From positions 150,001 to 182,000 of the forward strand of contig NZ_LGHJ01000012.1 in assembly GCF_001306055.1 (NCBI RefSeq): DNA of 32,000 nt. The letters are read 5' to 3'. A program made the position numbers and the translations under genes. Of the stretch, positions 23,172-30,802 are shown piece by piece. Within the stretch, counting starts at the first letter, position 1; every line of letters begins with the position of its first letter. The DNA is from Bellilinea caldifistulae (lineage in GTDB: Bacteria; Chloroflexota; Anaerolineae; Anaerolineales; Anaerolineaceae). Under the pieces are notes generated by a model that saw nothing but the letters and a program-made list of their open reading frames with translations, made no database searches and had not been told where the DNA came from.

Positions 23172-25565
23172 ATGCGAACCTGGAATCTCGGAATGAACGA
23201 CCCGTTGATGCTCACCTTGTGCGCTGATGCACGCATTTCCCCCGTAGATTACCTGAACGATCACATCTGGCAGATTTCTTTCAGCGGCAATGAGCCCGAA
23301 GCCCTCACCCTGTTCACCACCTTTGGGCTACGGGTGCGCGCCATGCGGCTTTTTCCGCGGTTCTTGCGCAAAGACACGGTGATCAGTGCTCCAGCGGATT
23401 TCTTCCAACCGCCGCGCGTGACCCGCCTGTTCCCCAATGATATTGAAGTGCGCTTTTCACCCTTCAGCGGACTGGATGTAACCGCCGAGTACCGCGTCTT
23501 CAATTCACAGGCCATCGGCGGGCGATTCACCTTCCATAACCCCTCGGTGCTGGGCGAAAAGTTCATCTTCGAGTGGTGCGGGCTGCTCACCCCATTGAAG
23601 GACGGTGAAGGGGGTATGCGGACCACTCAATTTGGCATTCATCCGGTTTTAGAGGGTCGAATCGAGGGCCTGGCGCCCGTGTGTTTCATCACCGGCGGTT
23701 TGCGGGCTGGCAGTGGCCCCTATCCCAGTCTCACCGAGCAGGTCAGTCTTTCTCCCGGCGGAATGCGCCAGATTGTCTGGGCACTGGCCAGCCTGCCGGA
23801 AACCTCGCAAAGTTACGAACTCGCCCGCCAGATCTGTGCCCGCTCATGGGAAGCGGACCTCGCCCGCATTGAATTGACCAACCGCAGCGAGTGTATGGAA
23901 ATCACCACCGGCAATCCCGAATGGGATGCCGTCTTCAAACTTTCGCAGCGTCTGGCGGCTTCCCTCTTTTTCCCGGCCAGCGCTCATCTGCCCCGTCCCT
24001 CGTTTGTACTGGCTCGCCAGCCGGATCAGGGTTATTCCCTGCGCGGGGATGGCAGCGACTACAACAGTCTCTGGAATGGTGCAACCGCGCTGGATGGCTG
24101 GTATCTCAGCCGATTGGTTTTACCGGGCATGGCCGAGCGGGTGGCCGGGGTGGTGGAGAATTTTCTCGCCACCGCCGACTCCAGAGGTCAGGTGGATTGG
24201 AAACCCGGTCTTGCCGGTCAGCGCAGCCGGCGCATGGCCCAGCCGCTTCTGGCTCAACTGGCCTGGGACGCGCATCAGACCCTCGTGGATACCGAATGGT
24301 TGAAAAAAGTCTATACCGGTTTGCTGGCTTTCTTTAAAGCCTGGTTTTCACCCGATCATGACCGTGACCAGGACGGTTTCCCGGAATGGGAGCATCCTTA
24401 CCAATCCGGCCTGGAATTTTCGCCCCTCTTCGATGTGACTTTTTCGCCAAGTCAGGGAATTGAGCCAACCTTTATCGAAACCCCCGCTCTGGCGGCCATG
24501 TTGTTCAATGAAGCCGGCTGCCTGCTGAAAATCGCCGCCGCACTGGGCGAGGAAAGCGACCAGGAGTGGTTGAAAGCCCGGCAAAAGCACCTGCGGGATC
24601 TGGTTGAGGGACTGTGGAACGAAGAAGAGGGCATCTACACGCCCCGCGACGCCTATACCCACACCGTCAGCCGTGGAGAAGTGCTGTTGACCTTCGACTC
24701 GCCGGGTGAATACCGGTTACAGCATCGCCTGAATCCCCCGGCCCGCCTTCGGCTGCAATTGGAAACCCAGACCGAACTGACCCGCCGCATTCACCTGTGC
24801 CTGAAAGGGCGCGATACCTTTGGCAATCCGCTGGAAGAAGAAATCACCCCCCAGCAGATCAGCTGGCGGCATGGCGGCGGAAGATATACCAGTCCATCCG
24901 TATTTTCCTTTATCAGCAGCATCGAAGTGGTCAACCTTCACCCCGGTGATCAGGCCACCATTGCCACCATAGACTTTTTCGATGAGGACATCTCAATGCT
25001 CTTACCTCTGTGGGCGGGTATTCCCTCGCCTGAACACGCCGCCCGGCTGGTCAACGAAACGCTGCGCAGCCGTTACCTCCAACCATACGGATTGGTAGCC
25101 CATCCGGTGCGCGGGACAAAAATCGGCAGCGGACAAAATCCGCCGGTATTGCTGGCCTGGAATGTACTGATTGGCGAGGGCCTGATTCGCTACGGCTACC
25201 TCCGGGAAGCCGTGGAGCTGTTTGAAAGCTGGATGAAAGCCATCACCCAGTCATTGAGGAAAGAACATGTCTTTCGAGCCGCCTATGATGCGATGAGCGG
25301 ACAGGGAAAAGGCGAGCAGAATGTCCTTGGCGGAGCAGCGCCCTTGGGCTTTTTCATCCGACTGCTGGGGGTACGCCTTCTCGGCGACCAACGAATCATC
25401 CTCACTCATTTGAACCCCTTTTCCTTCCCGGTTACAGTACAATATCGGAGAATCACACTCACATTTCTTTCCGATTCTACCCGCATCACCCTGCCCAACG
25501 GTCAAACCTGGGTGTATGACGGAAACTCGCCGCAGGAAATTTGGTTGACGCCTCCCCATCCATAG
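23172..25565 (+). CDS. Six-hairpin (alpha/alpha)6 glycoside hydrolase-like protein (GH63 / MGH1-like impression)
   Basis: DQDGFPEWEHPYQSGLEFSPLFD resembles the acid-containing ESG(M/W)D(N/D)SP(R)(W/F)D block of GH63/GH37-type barrels. AWNVLIGEGLIRYGYLREAVELFESWM and FRAAYDAMSGQGKGEQNVLGGAAPLG are typical C-terminal barrel helices. This is a by-eye call only. Confidence 0.5.
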   Translation: MRTWNLGMNDPLMLTLCADARISPVDYLNDHIWQISFSGNEPEALTLFTTFGLRVRAMRLFPRFLRKDTVISAPADFFQPPRVTRLFPNDIEVRFSPFSGLDVTAEYRVFNSQAIGGRFTFHNPSVLGEKFIFEWCGLLTPLKDGEGGMRTTQFGIHPVLEGRIEGLAPVCFITGGLRAGSGPYPSLTEQVSLSPGGMRQIVWALASLPETSQSYELARQICARSWEADLARIELTNRSECMEITTGNPEWDAVFKLSQRLAASLFFPASAHLPRPSFVLARQPDQGYSLRGDGSDYNSLWNGATALDGWYLSRLVLPGMAERVAGVVENFLATADSRGQVDWKPGLAGQRSRRMAQPLLAQLAWDAHQTLVDTEWLKKVYTGLLAFFKAWFSPDHDRDQDGFPEWEHPYQSGLEFSPLFDVTFSPSQGIEPTFIETPALAAMLFNEAGCLLKIAAALGEESDQEWLKARQKHLRDLVEGLWNEEEGIYTPRDAYTHTVSRGEVLLTFDSPGEYRLQHRLNPPARLRLQLETQTELTRRIHLCLKGRDTFGNPLEEEITPQQISWRHGGGRYTSPSVFSFISSIEVVNLHPGDQATIATIDFFDEDISMLLPLWAGIPSPEHAARLVNETLRSRYLQPYGLVAHPVRGTKIGSGQNPPVLLAWNVLIGEGLIRYGYLREAVELFESWMKAITQSLRKEHVFRAAYDAMSGQGKGEQNVLGGAAPLGFFIRLLGVRLLGDQRIILTHLNPFSFPVTVQYRRITLTFLSDSTRITLPNGQTWVYDGNSPQEIWLTPPHP

Positions 25566-25591
25566 CGCAAAGGACGAAAGGAGCAGATTGA

Positions 25592-25945
25592 ATGACAAAA
25601 AAAGGAGCATCTTCCCCACCCCCTGACCTGTGTATGTGGGTCGTCGTTCAAGCTCAGGACGCTGAAAGCGCCGAAATGGCTTTGATGGAACTGGGATTCC
25701 CGGTCACGCGCCTGCCCAGTTACGGGGGATTTCTCGGCAGACGCAATGCCACCCTGCTGGTTGCCCTTCACAGCAGCCGCCGGCAGACGGTGTTAGATGC
25801 CCTGCACGAAACCTGCCGGCAGCGGGTCGAATACATTGCTGTGCCGCTGGAAAGCGCGCCACTGCCCCTGCCCACCCCCACCCCGATCACCATTGGCGGG
25901 GCGACCATTTTCGAAATGGAAATTGAACATTACGAGGAGTTATAG
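25592..25945 (+). CDS. PII-like cyclic-di-AMP receptor family protein (DarA/PstA-like), paralog 1
   Basis: From MWVVVQAQDAESAEMALMELGFPVTRLPSYGGFLGRRNATLLVAL it is co-linear with B. subtilis DarA (MKLIVAVVQDQD...[26 protein letters not shown]). The C-terminus GGATIFEMEIEHYEEL compares with GGATVFVLPVDEFHQF. GGAG lies 8 nt upstream of ATG 25592. Confidence 0.7.
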   Translation: MTKKGASSPPPDLCMWVVVQAQDAESAEMALMELGFPVTRLPSYGGFLGRRNATLLVALHSSRRQTVLDALHETCRQRVEYIAVPLESAPLPLPTPTPITIGGATIFEMEIEHYEEL

Positions 25946-25947
25946 CC

Positions 25948-26217
25948 ATGAAACTCATTCTTGCCATCGTCCCTGATACTTCCAGCGAGCCGGTTTCCCA
26001 GGCGCTCACCTCGCACAATTTCCGCGTTACCGGCATCGCCTCCACTGGAGGATTTCTGCGGCGGGGTAAAACAACCCTGCTCATCGGCGTTGAGGATGAT
26101 CAACTGGAACAGGCATTGCAGCAGATTCGCGCTGCCTTACCCCCCCAACCAGCGGACAGCAAAGAGAGCCGCGCCGTGATTTTTGTCCTGAAAGTGGATC
26201 ACTTCGATCATTTCTGA
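25948..26217 (+). CDS. darA: PII-like cyclic-di-AMP receptor (DarA/PstA family), paralog 2, shortened loop
   Basis: MKLILAIVPDTSSEPVSQALTSHNFRVTGIASTGGFLRRGKTTLLIGVEDDQLEQALQQIR...AVIFVLKVDHFDHF is close to B. subtilis DarA. It is 89 aa versus about 109 aa. It starts 2 nt after the paralog 1 stop, with GAGGAG 8 nt upstream. Confidence 0.8.
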   Translation: MKLILAIVPDTSSEPVSQALTSHNFRVTGIASTGGFLRRGKTTLLIGVEDDQLEQALQQIRAALPPQPADSKESRAVIFVLKVDHFDHF

Positions 26218-26339
26218 GCCTTCCTCCTTAATCGGCTGGCGGGGTGAATTGTGCAACTTTTTTACTCTGCCTGACGTAAATAGGGTATGATGTATCCCAC
26301 TGGGGTAAATCCCATTCTAAAAAATGATCGGAGTATTCC

Positions 26340-26747
26340 ATGATCGAACAGAATCCTCAACCCACCTATTCAAATGCGATGCTCAAACCGGGTCTGGTTA
26401 CCGCACTGGGAGTCATGACGCTGGTCAGCGGTATCATCAACATCCTGACCGGTTTGGGAATTACCACGGCAACCGTACTGGCAACCCTGGGCATTGGTCT
26501 GATTTGCGCCCCCATCACCTTTCTGCCGGCAATTCTAGGCATCTTCGAAGTGCTTTATGCCCTGAAAATTCTGGCAAACCCGCCTGTACCGGTTCAGTTT
26601 TCCCAAACCATCGCCATTTTAGAAATTCTGTGCATTGCCTTTGGGAATGCGATTGCCTTGATCGTTGGTATTCTGGCGCTGGTGTTTTACAACGATGCGG
26701 CCGTTAAAAACTACTTTGACCGCATCAACGCCCAGCCGGCCGCATGA
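26340..26747 (+). CDS. Small polytopic membrane protein, function unknown
   Basis: 135 aa with three to four hydrophobic helices (LVTALGVMTLVSGIINILTGLGI, LATLGIGLICAPITFLPAILGIF, IAILEILCIAFGNAIALIVGILALVF). Confidence 0.6.
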   Translation: MIEQNPQPTYSNAMLKPGLVTALGVMTLVSGIINILTGLGITTATVLATLGIGLICAPITFLPAILGIFEVLYALKILANPPVPVQFSQTIAILEILCIAFGNAIALIVGILALVFYNDAAVKNYFDRINAQPAA

Positions 26748-26861
26748 GAGAAACGGGCATCAAATTAATGTGGCACAGGGATTGCACCGTTCCAAAAAGA
26801 AGGTATAGTAAACCACAGGCATCCCTGTTTCCAGCAATCATTTCAAAATAAGGAGAATATC

Positions 26862-27530
26862 ATGGATTTTGGTCTGGCATTTTCATATGTATTTCAGGAC
26901 AAGGATTGGCTGCGCAAAGTGGGCATCGTTGCGCTCATTTCGCTGATCCCCATCCTGGGTCAACTGGTGCTGATCGGCTGGTCATTGAACATCACCAAAC
27001 GGGTCATTGACCGCCACCCCGAACCACTCCCCGAAGTGGATTTTGGCGGCGATCTGGCACGCGGCTTCTCAGCCTTTGTGATTGGTTTCGTTTATTCCCT
27101 GCCGATCACCCTTTTCGCGCTTGTCTTTGGCATTCTTGACTCGGTTGTTGCCGGTCAGTCCAGCTCCGATGCAGCCAATACATTGATTGCCATTCTTTCC
27201 CTGTGCTTCGGCCTGTTTGCCTTCCTTTACGGCATTGCCATAGCAATCGTCCTGCCGGCCGCCTACGGCAACTACATTGCCAAAGGCAATCTGAGCGCCG
27301 GTTTTGCGTTGGGTGAAGTCTTCGGACTGGTGCGCGCCAATATCGGGGCTTATCTGATCGTCCTGCTGGGTTCTTTTGTCGGCGGGTTGATTGCCCCCCT
27401 CGGCACCATTTTATGTGTGGTTGGTGTGATTCTAACCTACACCTACACCGTCGCCGTGATGGGACATCTGTACGGGCAGGCGTATAATGCCGCCACCCAG
27501 AATCGTGTAGTGGTTAGCGCTGCCGGCTAA
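26862..27530 (+). CDS. DUF4013-like membrane protein
   Basis: The N-terminus FSYVFQDKDWLRKVGIVALISLIPILGQLVLIGWSLNITKRVI matches the DUF4013 pattern, followed by multiple TM helices. The SD AAGGAG lies upstream. Confidence 0.65.
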   Translation: MDFGLAFSYVFQDKDWLRKVGIVALISLIPILGQLVLIGWSLNITKRVIDRHPEPLPEVDFGGDLARGFSAFVIGFVYSLPITLFALVFGILDSVVAGQSSSDAANTLIAILSLCFGLFAFLYGIAIAIVLPAAYGNYIAKGNLSAGFALGEVFGLVRANIGAYLIVLLGSFVGGLIAPLGTILCVVGVILTYTYTVAVMGHLYGQAYNAATQNRVVVSAAG

Positions 27531-27562
27531 TCTCCCGCATCCGGCTGGAAATCAAAATCAAT

Positions 27563-27599
27563 GCAGCGCTGCTTATACCGACGCAGCGCTGCTCTTTTT
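27563..27599. terminator. Bidirectional intrinsic terminator between the DUF4013 gene and the AMMECR1 gene
   Basis: The self-complementary decamer gcagcgctgc occurs twice (27563-27572 and 27583-27592), giving a 10-bp stem with a 10-nt loop. It is followed by tcttttt on the plus strand and by auugauuuugauuu on the minus-strand RNA. Confidence 0.6.
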
Positions 27600-28173
27600 A
27601 TTCGTGAAATTCCTCCACCTGGTAGGTCAATACCGTGAGTTTTTTCAACCGCCACAACTTGCGCGGAGCGCCCATCTTAAGGCACAACTGATCCAGAAAA
27701 TTCTCCGCATCCGGCAGGGAATGCCAGACCTGCGGGAGAAAGGTAGCCCGCCGGCCATCGTCCATCAGTACCACGCCATCTATCCCCGGGCGTAGTTTGC
27801 GAATCAAATCCAGAGGAGAGTCATAGTCCAACGGCTGCGGCGTGGTCAGTCGGGAAATTTCGATCTGGAGATGATCCACTTCCTCCGGCCGTACCGGAGG
27901 AAAGCGGTAATCCGCCAGTGCCGCAGCAATCGCATGTTCGCGCACATCCTCAATCAATGGCTGATGCGCCTCCAGCGTCCCGATGCAGCCGCGCAATTTG
28001 CCGTTCAGGGTCAGGGTTACAAAGGTGGCACCTTCCTCCTTCAAACGGGGTGGGATGCTCTCCCAATCCAACGGGCGCAGGGGACGCCCGTGGACGGCGT
28101 CTTCAATCGCCTCGCGGGCTACTTGCAACAGCAATTTGCGTTCATTTTCGGTTAACTTTTCCTCTGTCATCAC
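27598..28173 (-). CDS. AMMECR1 domain protein (AmmeMemoRadiSam system protein A type)
   Basis: Motifs are TFVTLTLNGKLRGCIGTLEAHQPL, AIAAALADYRFPPV, LQIEISRLTTPQPL and GVVLMDDGRRATFLPQVW. Confidence 0.85.
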   Translation of the reverse strand: MMTEEKLTENERKLLLQVAREAIEDAVHGRPLRPLDWESIPPRLKEEGATFVTLTLNGKLRGCIGTLEAHQPLIEDVREHAIAAALADYRFPPVRPEEVDHLQIEISRLTTPQPLDYDSPLDLIRKLRPGIDGVVLMDDGRRATFLPQVWHSLPDAENFLDQLCLKMGAPRKLWRLKKLTVLTYQVEEFHE

Positions 28174-28699
28174 ACAACCTGTGGTACACCCGATTGTGAT
28201 AGACCAGCGGCTGTCCCGGTCGGTTGTGATGAACGGACAGAACCTCAGCGATGTACAGGGTAGAGTTCTTCATCGGATAACGCTGCACCACCCGGCAATC
28301 CAGACAAACCAGTCCGCTGGTTAAAAGGGGCACACCGCTGACAAGGGTGAAGGTTTCAATGCCCGCCATTCGGTCTTCATCTTCCGGTATCCGCCCCGCA
28401 AAACGGTCGGCAATATCAGCCTGATCTTCTGCCAATATTGTAACTCCAAACACGCCGGATTGTTCGACTAAATTGCGGGTTCGGGTGGTGTTCGCCAGGG
28501 TTACACCCACCAGCGGAGGATCAAGCGAAAGCGAATTAAATGAATTAACGGTCATACCGTGTTGAATTTCACCGGCACGCCCGGTTAAGACCGCCACGCC
28601 GGTTGTCCAGTGACGCATGGCATTCCGCAGGGCTTCTCCCATTGCAGATTCCATTTTCACCTCCTGCTTCATTTTTGCCGGCTGGCAGTGAACTTGCAC
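28142..28699 (-). CDS. Flavin reductase-like FMN-binding split-barrel protein
   Basis: ALRNAMRHWTTGVAVLTGRAGEIQHGMTVNSFNSLSLDPPLVGVTL and GVFGVTILAEDQADIADRFAG are typical of the flavin reductase domain. The true start is probably an internal Met (MKQEV or MESAMGE). Confidence 0.8.
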   Translation of the reverse strand: MQVHCQPAKMKQEVKMESAMGEALRNAMRHWTTGVAVLTGRAGEIQHGMTVNSFNSLSLDPPLVGVTLANTTRTRNLVEQSGVFGVTILAEDQADIADRFAGRIPEDEDRMAGIETFTLVSGVPLLTSGLVCLDCRVVQRYPMKNSTLYIAEVLSVHHNRPGQPLVYHNRVYHRLCDDRGKVNRK

Positions 28700-28835
28700 C
28701 CCAATCCGGCACTACGGTTATACTTTTCAGCACCGGACAAGTCAAGCCCTTGTCGAACGCAGGATTGCAACGCTTGATGTACAATGGTAAAAAAGAAACA
28801 AAACCCGTCGCTTAAAGCACTCCGCTAACAAATAA

Positions 28836-28865
28836 TTGCCAAAATCCCTCCGATTAAGGTATCAT
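28836..28865 (+). promoter_or_regulatory. Candidate promoter for the amidase/L,D-transpeptidase operon
   Basis: -35 TTGCCA (28836-28841), 18-nt spacer, -10 TATCAT (28860-28865). The first in-frame ATG is at 28878, which would leave almost no leader. Confidence 0.3.
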
Positions 28866-28877
28866 GAAATCCAGACA

Positions 28878-29657
28878 ATGATGAGCAGTGAACCCACCCC
28901 CTCCTCCGAAGATACCGGTAAAAATCCACCGGCACTCAGCGCACTTTGGACGATCCTCAGCATAGCGCTGGTGGTCGCCACCCTGTTCACCCTGTGGACA
29001 CCCGCCAACCTGTTTTCCAACCAGATGCTCGACCGCATGTTTCAGGCGATCCAGAGCAATCCAACCCTCACCTACCCAACCCCAACTGCCGCTCCGCGCC
29101 TGCGTATCGGGATCGTTGCCGGGCATTGGGGCAATGATTCCGGCGCCGTTTGTCCGGATGGCCTGACTGAAATGCAGGTCAATCTGGAAATTGCCAACCG
29201 TGTTCAACAGCAATTGCGTGAGGAAGGGTTCGAGGTGGACCTGCTGCAGGAATTTGATGAGCGCATGAATGGCTATCAGGCTCTGGCGCTGGTCTCCATT
29301 CATAACGACTCGTGCGAATACATCAATGATGAAGCCACCGGCTATAAAGTGGCCGCAGCCGCTTCCAGCGCCTTTCCGGAAAAGGCTCAACGTCTGAGCG
29401 GCTGCCTGATTGAACGCTACGGCAAGATCACCAACCTGAAATTCCACGCCAATTCAACCACCAATGACATGGTTTATTACCACACCTTCCGCGAGGTTGA
29501 CCCCGATACCACCGCGGCCATCATTGAAACCGGTTTCCTCAATCTGGATCGGCGTATCCTGACCGAACAACCCGATCTGATTGCGCGCGGCATCACCGCC
29601 GGCATTTTGTGCTACGTGCGGAACGAGCCCATTCCCATGCTGGATACCGGACAATGA
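28878..29657 (+). CDS. N-acetylmuramoyl-L-alanine amidase (Amidase_3 family), N-terminally membrane-anchored
   Basis: Motifs are RIGIVAGHWGNDSGA, EMQVNLEIANRV, LALVSIHNDS and AAIIETGFLNLDRRIL. The TM helix is ALWTILSIALVVATLFTLW. The ORF-track TTG at 28836 coincides with the putative -35 box, so ATG 28878/28881 is preferred. Confidence 0.85.
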   Translation: MMSSEPTPSSEDTGKNPPALSALWTILSIALVVATLFTLWTPANLFSNQMLDRMFQAIQSNPTLTYPTPTAAPRLRIGIVAGHWGNDSGAVCPDGLTEMQVNLEIANRVQQQLREEGFEVDLLQEFDERMNGYQALALVSIHNDSCEYINDEATGYKVAAAASSAFPEKAQRLSGCLIERYGKITNLKFHANSTTNDMVYYHTFREVDPDTTAAIIETGFLNLDRRILTEQPDLIARGITAGILCYVRNEPIPMLDTGQ

Positions 29658-30790
29658 GGATGGAGCAGCAGCCAGACCCGCGGCAAGTTCTGGCGGAAGC
29701 CCGCCGCGCCCTCCGGCAGGGGGAACGCAGCACTGCCCGCCGCCTGGCTGCTGAGGCTGCGAAAGCACAACCCGATCTGGAAGAAGCCTGGCTCATTCTG
29801 GCAGCGCTTGCCGAACCGCATGCCAGCATCCAGTATCTCAACCGCGCTTTGCAAATCAACCCCACCAGTCAGCGGGCGCGCCGGGGAATGCACTGGGCAA
29901 TTCAACGCTTGCGACATCAGCCGGCCGCCGCACCCCCGCAACTTCCCTCAACTGCAAACGATGTGGCCAGCGGTAAAACTTTACCGGTGCGCATCCGTCG
30001 CATTCAAGCCGTGGCGGCTGAGGATACCCAACCGTTGCGGCTGCCTGCCTCCGCCCGCCCGCCAGCAGTCACCCCGCCCACGGTCAAAGCTGCCGCCTCC
30101 ATTTTCCGCAGCATTCCCACGCTGGCGTGGATCAGTCTGCTATCGGCAATCGTCGTGATCTGCGTGGCGATTTTGCTCTGGCTGGTGCTGCCGGACCTGC
30201 AAACGGCGCTTGCCGAAAGTCCCTCGGCGGCCCGTCCGGTGGGAGCGCTGTTCAAACCATCGCTGACACCGACCTTCACCGCCACCTTCACCCCCACTGC
30301 CACTGCCACCGCAACCCCCACCGAAACCTCCACACCAACCCCCACCGACACGCCAACACCCACGCCCACCGATACACCTCAGCCAACCGCCACCCCGCTC
30401 TTGATCAGCGGCGGTATGGAGGTTGAAGTAGCCGAGGACGAGCCGTGGATAGATGTGGATTTGAGCGATCAAATGGTCTATGCCTATGTCGGTAGGGAAC
30501 TGGTCAATAGTTTTCTGGTGTCCACCGGCACGTGGCGCACACCAACCGTCACCGGACAGTATCGCATCTATGTCAAATACCGTTACACCGACATGGCCGG
30601 CCCGGGTTATTACCTTCCCGATGTACCCTACACCATGTATTTTTACAAAGGATACGGTTTGCACGGAACTTACTGGCACAATAATTTTGGTACGCCCATG
30701 AGCCACGGCTGCATCAATTTACGCACCGAAGATGCCGCCTGGCTGTTCGATTTTGCCTCGGTTGGCACGCTGGTCAACATCCATGATTGA
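29654..30790 (+). CDS. L,D-transpeptidase (YkuD domain) with a TPR-like cytoplasmic N-terminus, a TM helix and a PT-rich linker
   Basis: The catalytic block is LHGTYWHNNFGTPMSHGCINLRTEDAAWLF. The TM helix is LAWISLLSAIVVICVAILLWLVL. The linker TPTFTATFTPTATATATPTETSTPTPTDTPTPTPTDTPQPTATP spans about 30266-30397. ATG 29654 overlaps the amidase stop (ATGA). Confidence 0.85.
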   Translation: MRMEQQPDPRQVLAEARRALRQGERSTARRLAAEAAKAQPDLEEAWLILAALAEPHASIQYLNRALQINPTSQRARRGMHWAIQRLRHQPAAAPPQLPSTANDVASGKTLPVRIRRIQAVAAEDTQPLRLPASARPPAVTPPTVKAAASIFRSIPTLAWISLLSAIVVICVAILLWLVLPDLQTALAESPSAARPVGALFKPSLTPTFTATFTPTATATATPTETSTPTPTDTPTPTPTDTPQPTATPLLISGGMEVEVAEDEPWIDVDLSDQMVYAYVGRELVNSFLVSTGTWRTPTVTGQYRIYVKYRYTDMAGPGYYLPDVPYTMYFYKGYGLHGTYWHNNFGTPMSHGCINLRTEDAAWLFDFASVGTLVNIHD

Positions 30791-30802
30791 TCCCTGGGTT
30801 TG

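Noticed and set aside
26140-26146. C7 run inside the shortened DarA paralog, considered as a frameshift explaining the missing loop
   Set aside because: The conserved C-terminal strand (AVIFVLKVDHFDHF) is in the same frame as the N-terminus, so no frameshift is needed. The short loop looks genuine.
28700-28877. Possible ydaO-type c-di-AMP riboswitch upstream of the amidase gene (AACCCGTCGCTTAA resembles the AACCCGUCAGCUAA block)
   Set aside because: Only one short block matches my recollection of the motif. The GGGG/GAAUCC blocks are missing on this strand, and the putative promoter lies downstream of the match.
28854-29447. 197-aa minus-strand ORF opposite the amidase gene, and 188-aa ORF 30140-30706 opposite Ldt1
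   Set aside because: The plus-strand genes carry clear Amidase_3 and YkuD motifs, so the antisense ORFs are compositional artefacts.
30004-30369. 121-aa minus-strand Gly/Val-rich ORF (MGVGVGVSVGVGV...)
   Set aside because: It is antisense to the PT linker of the first L,D-transpeptidase, the same artefact as above.
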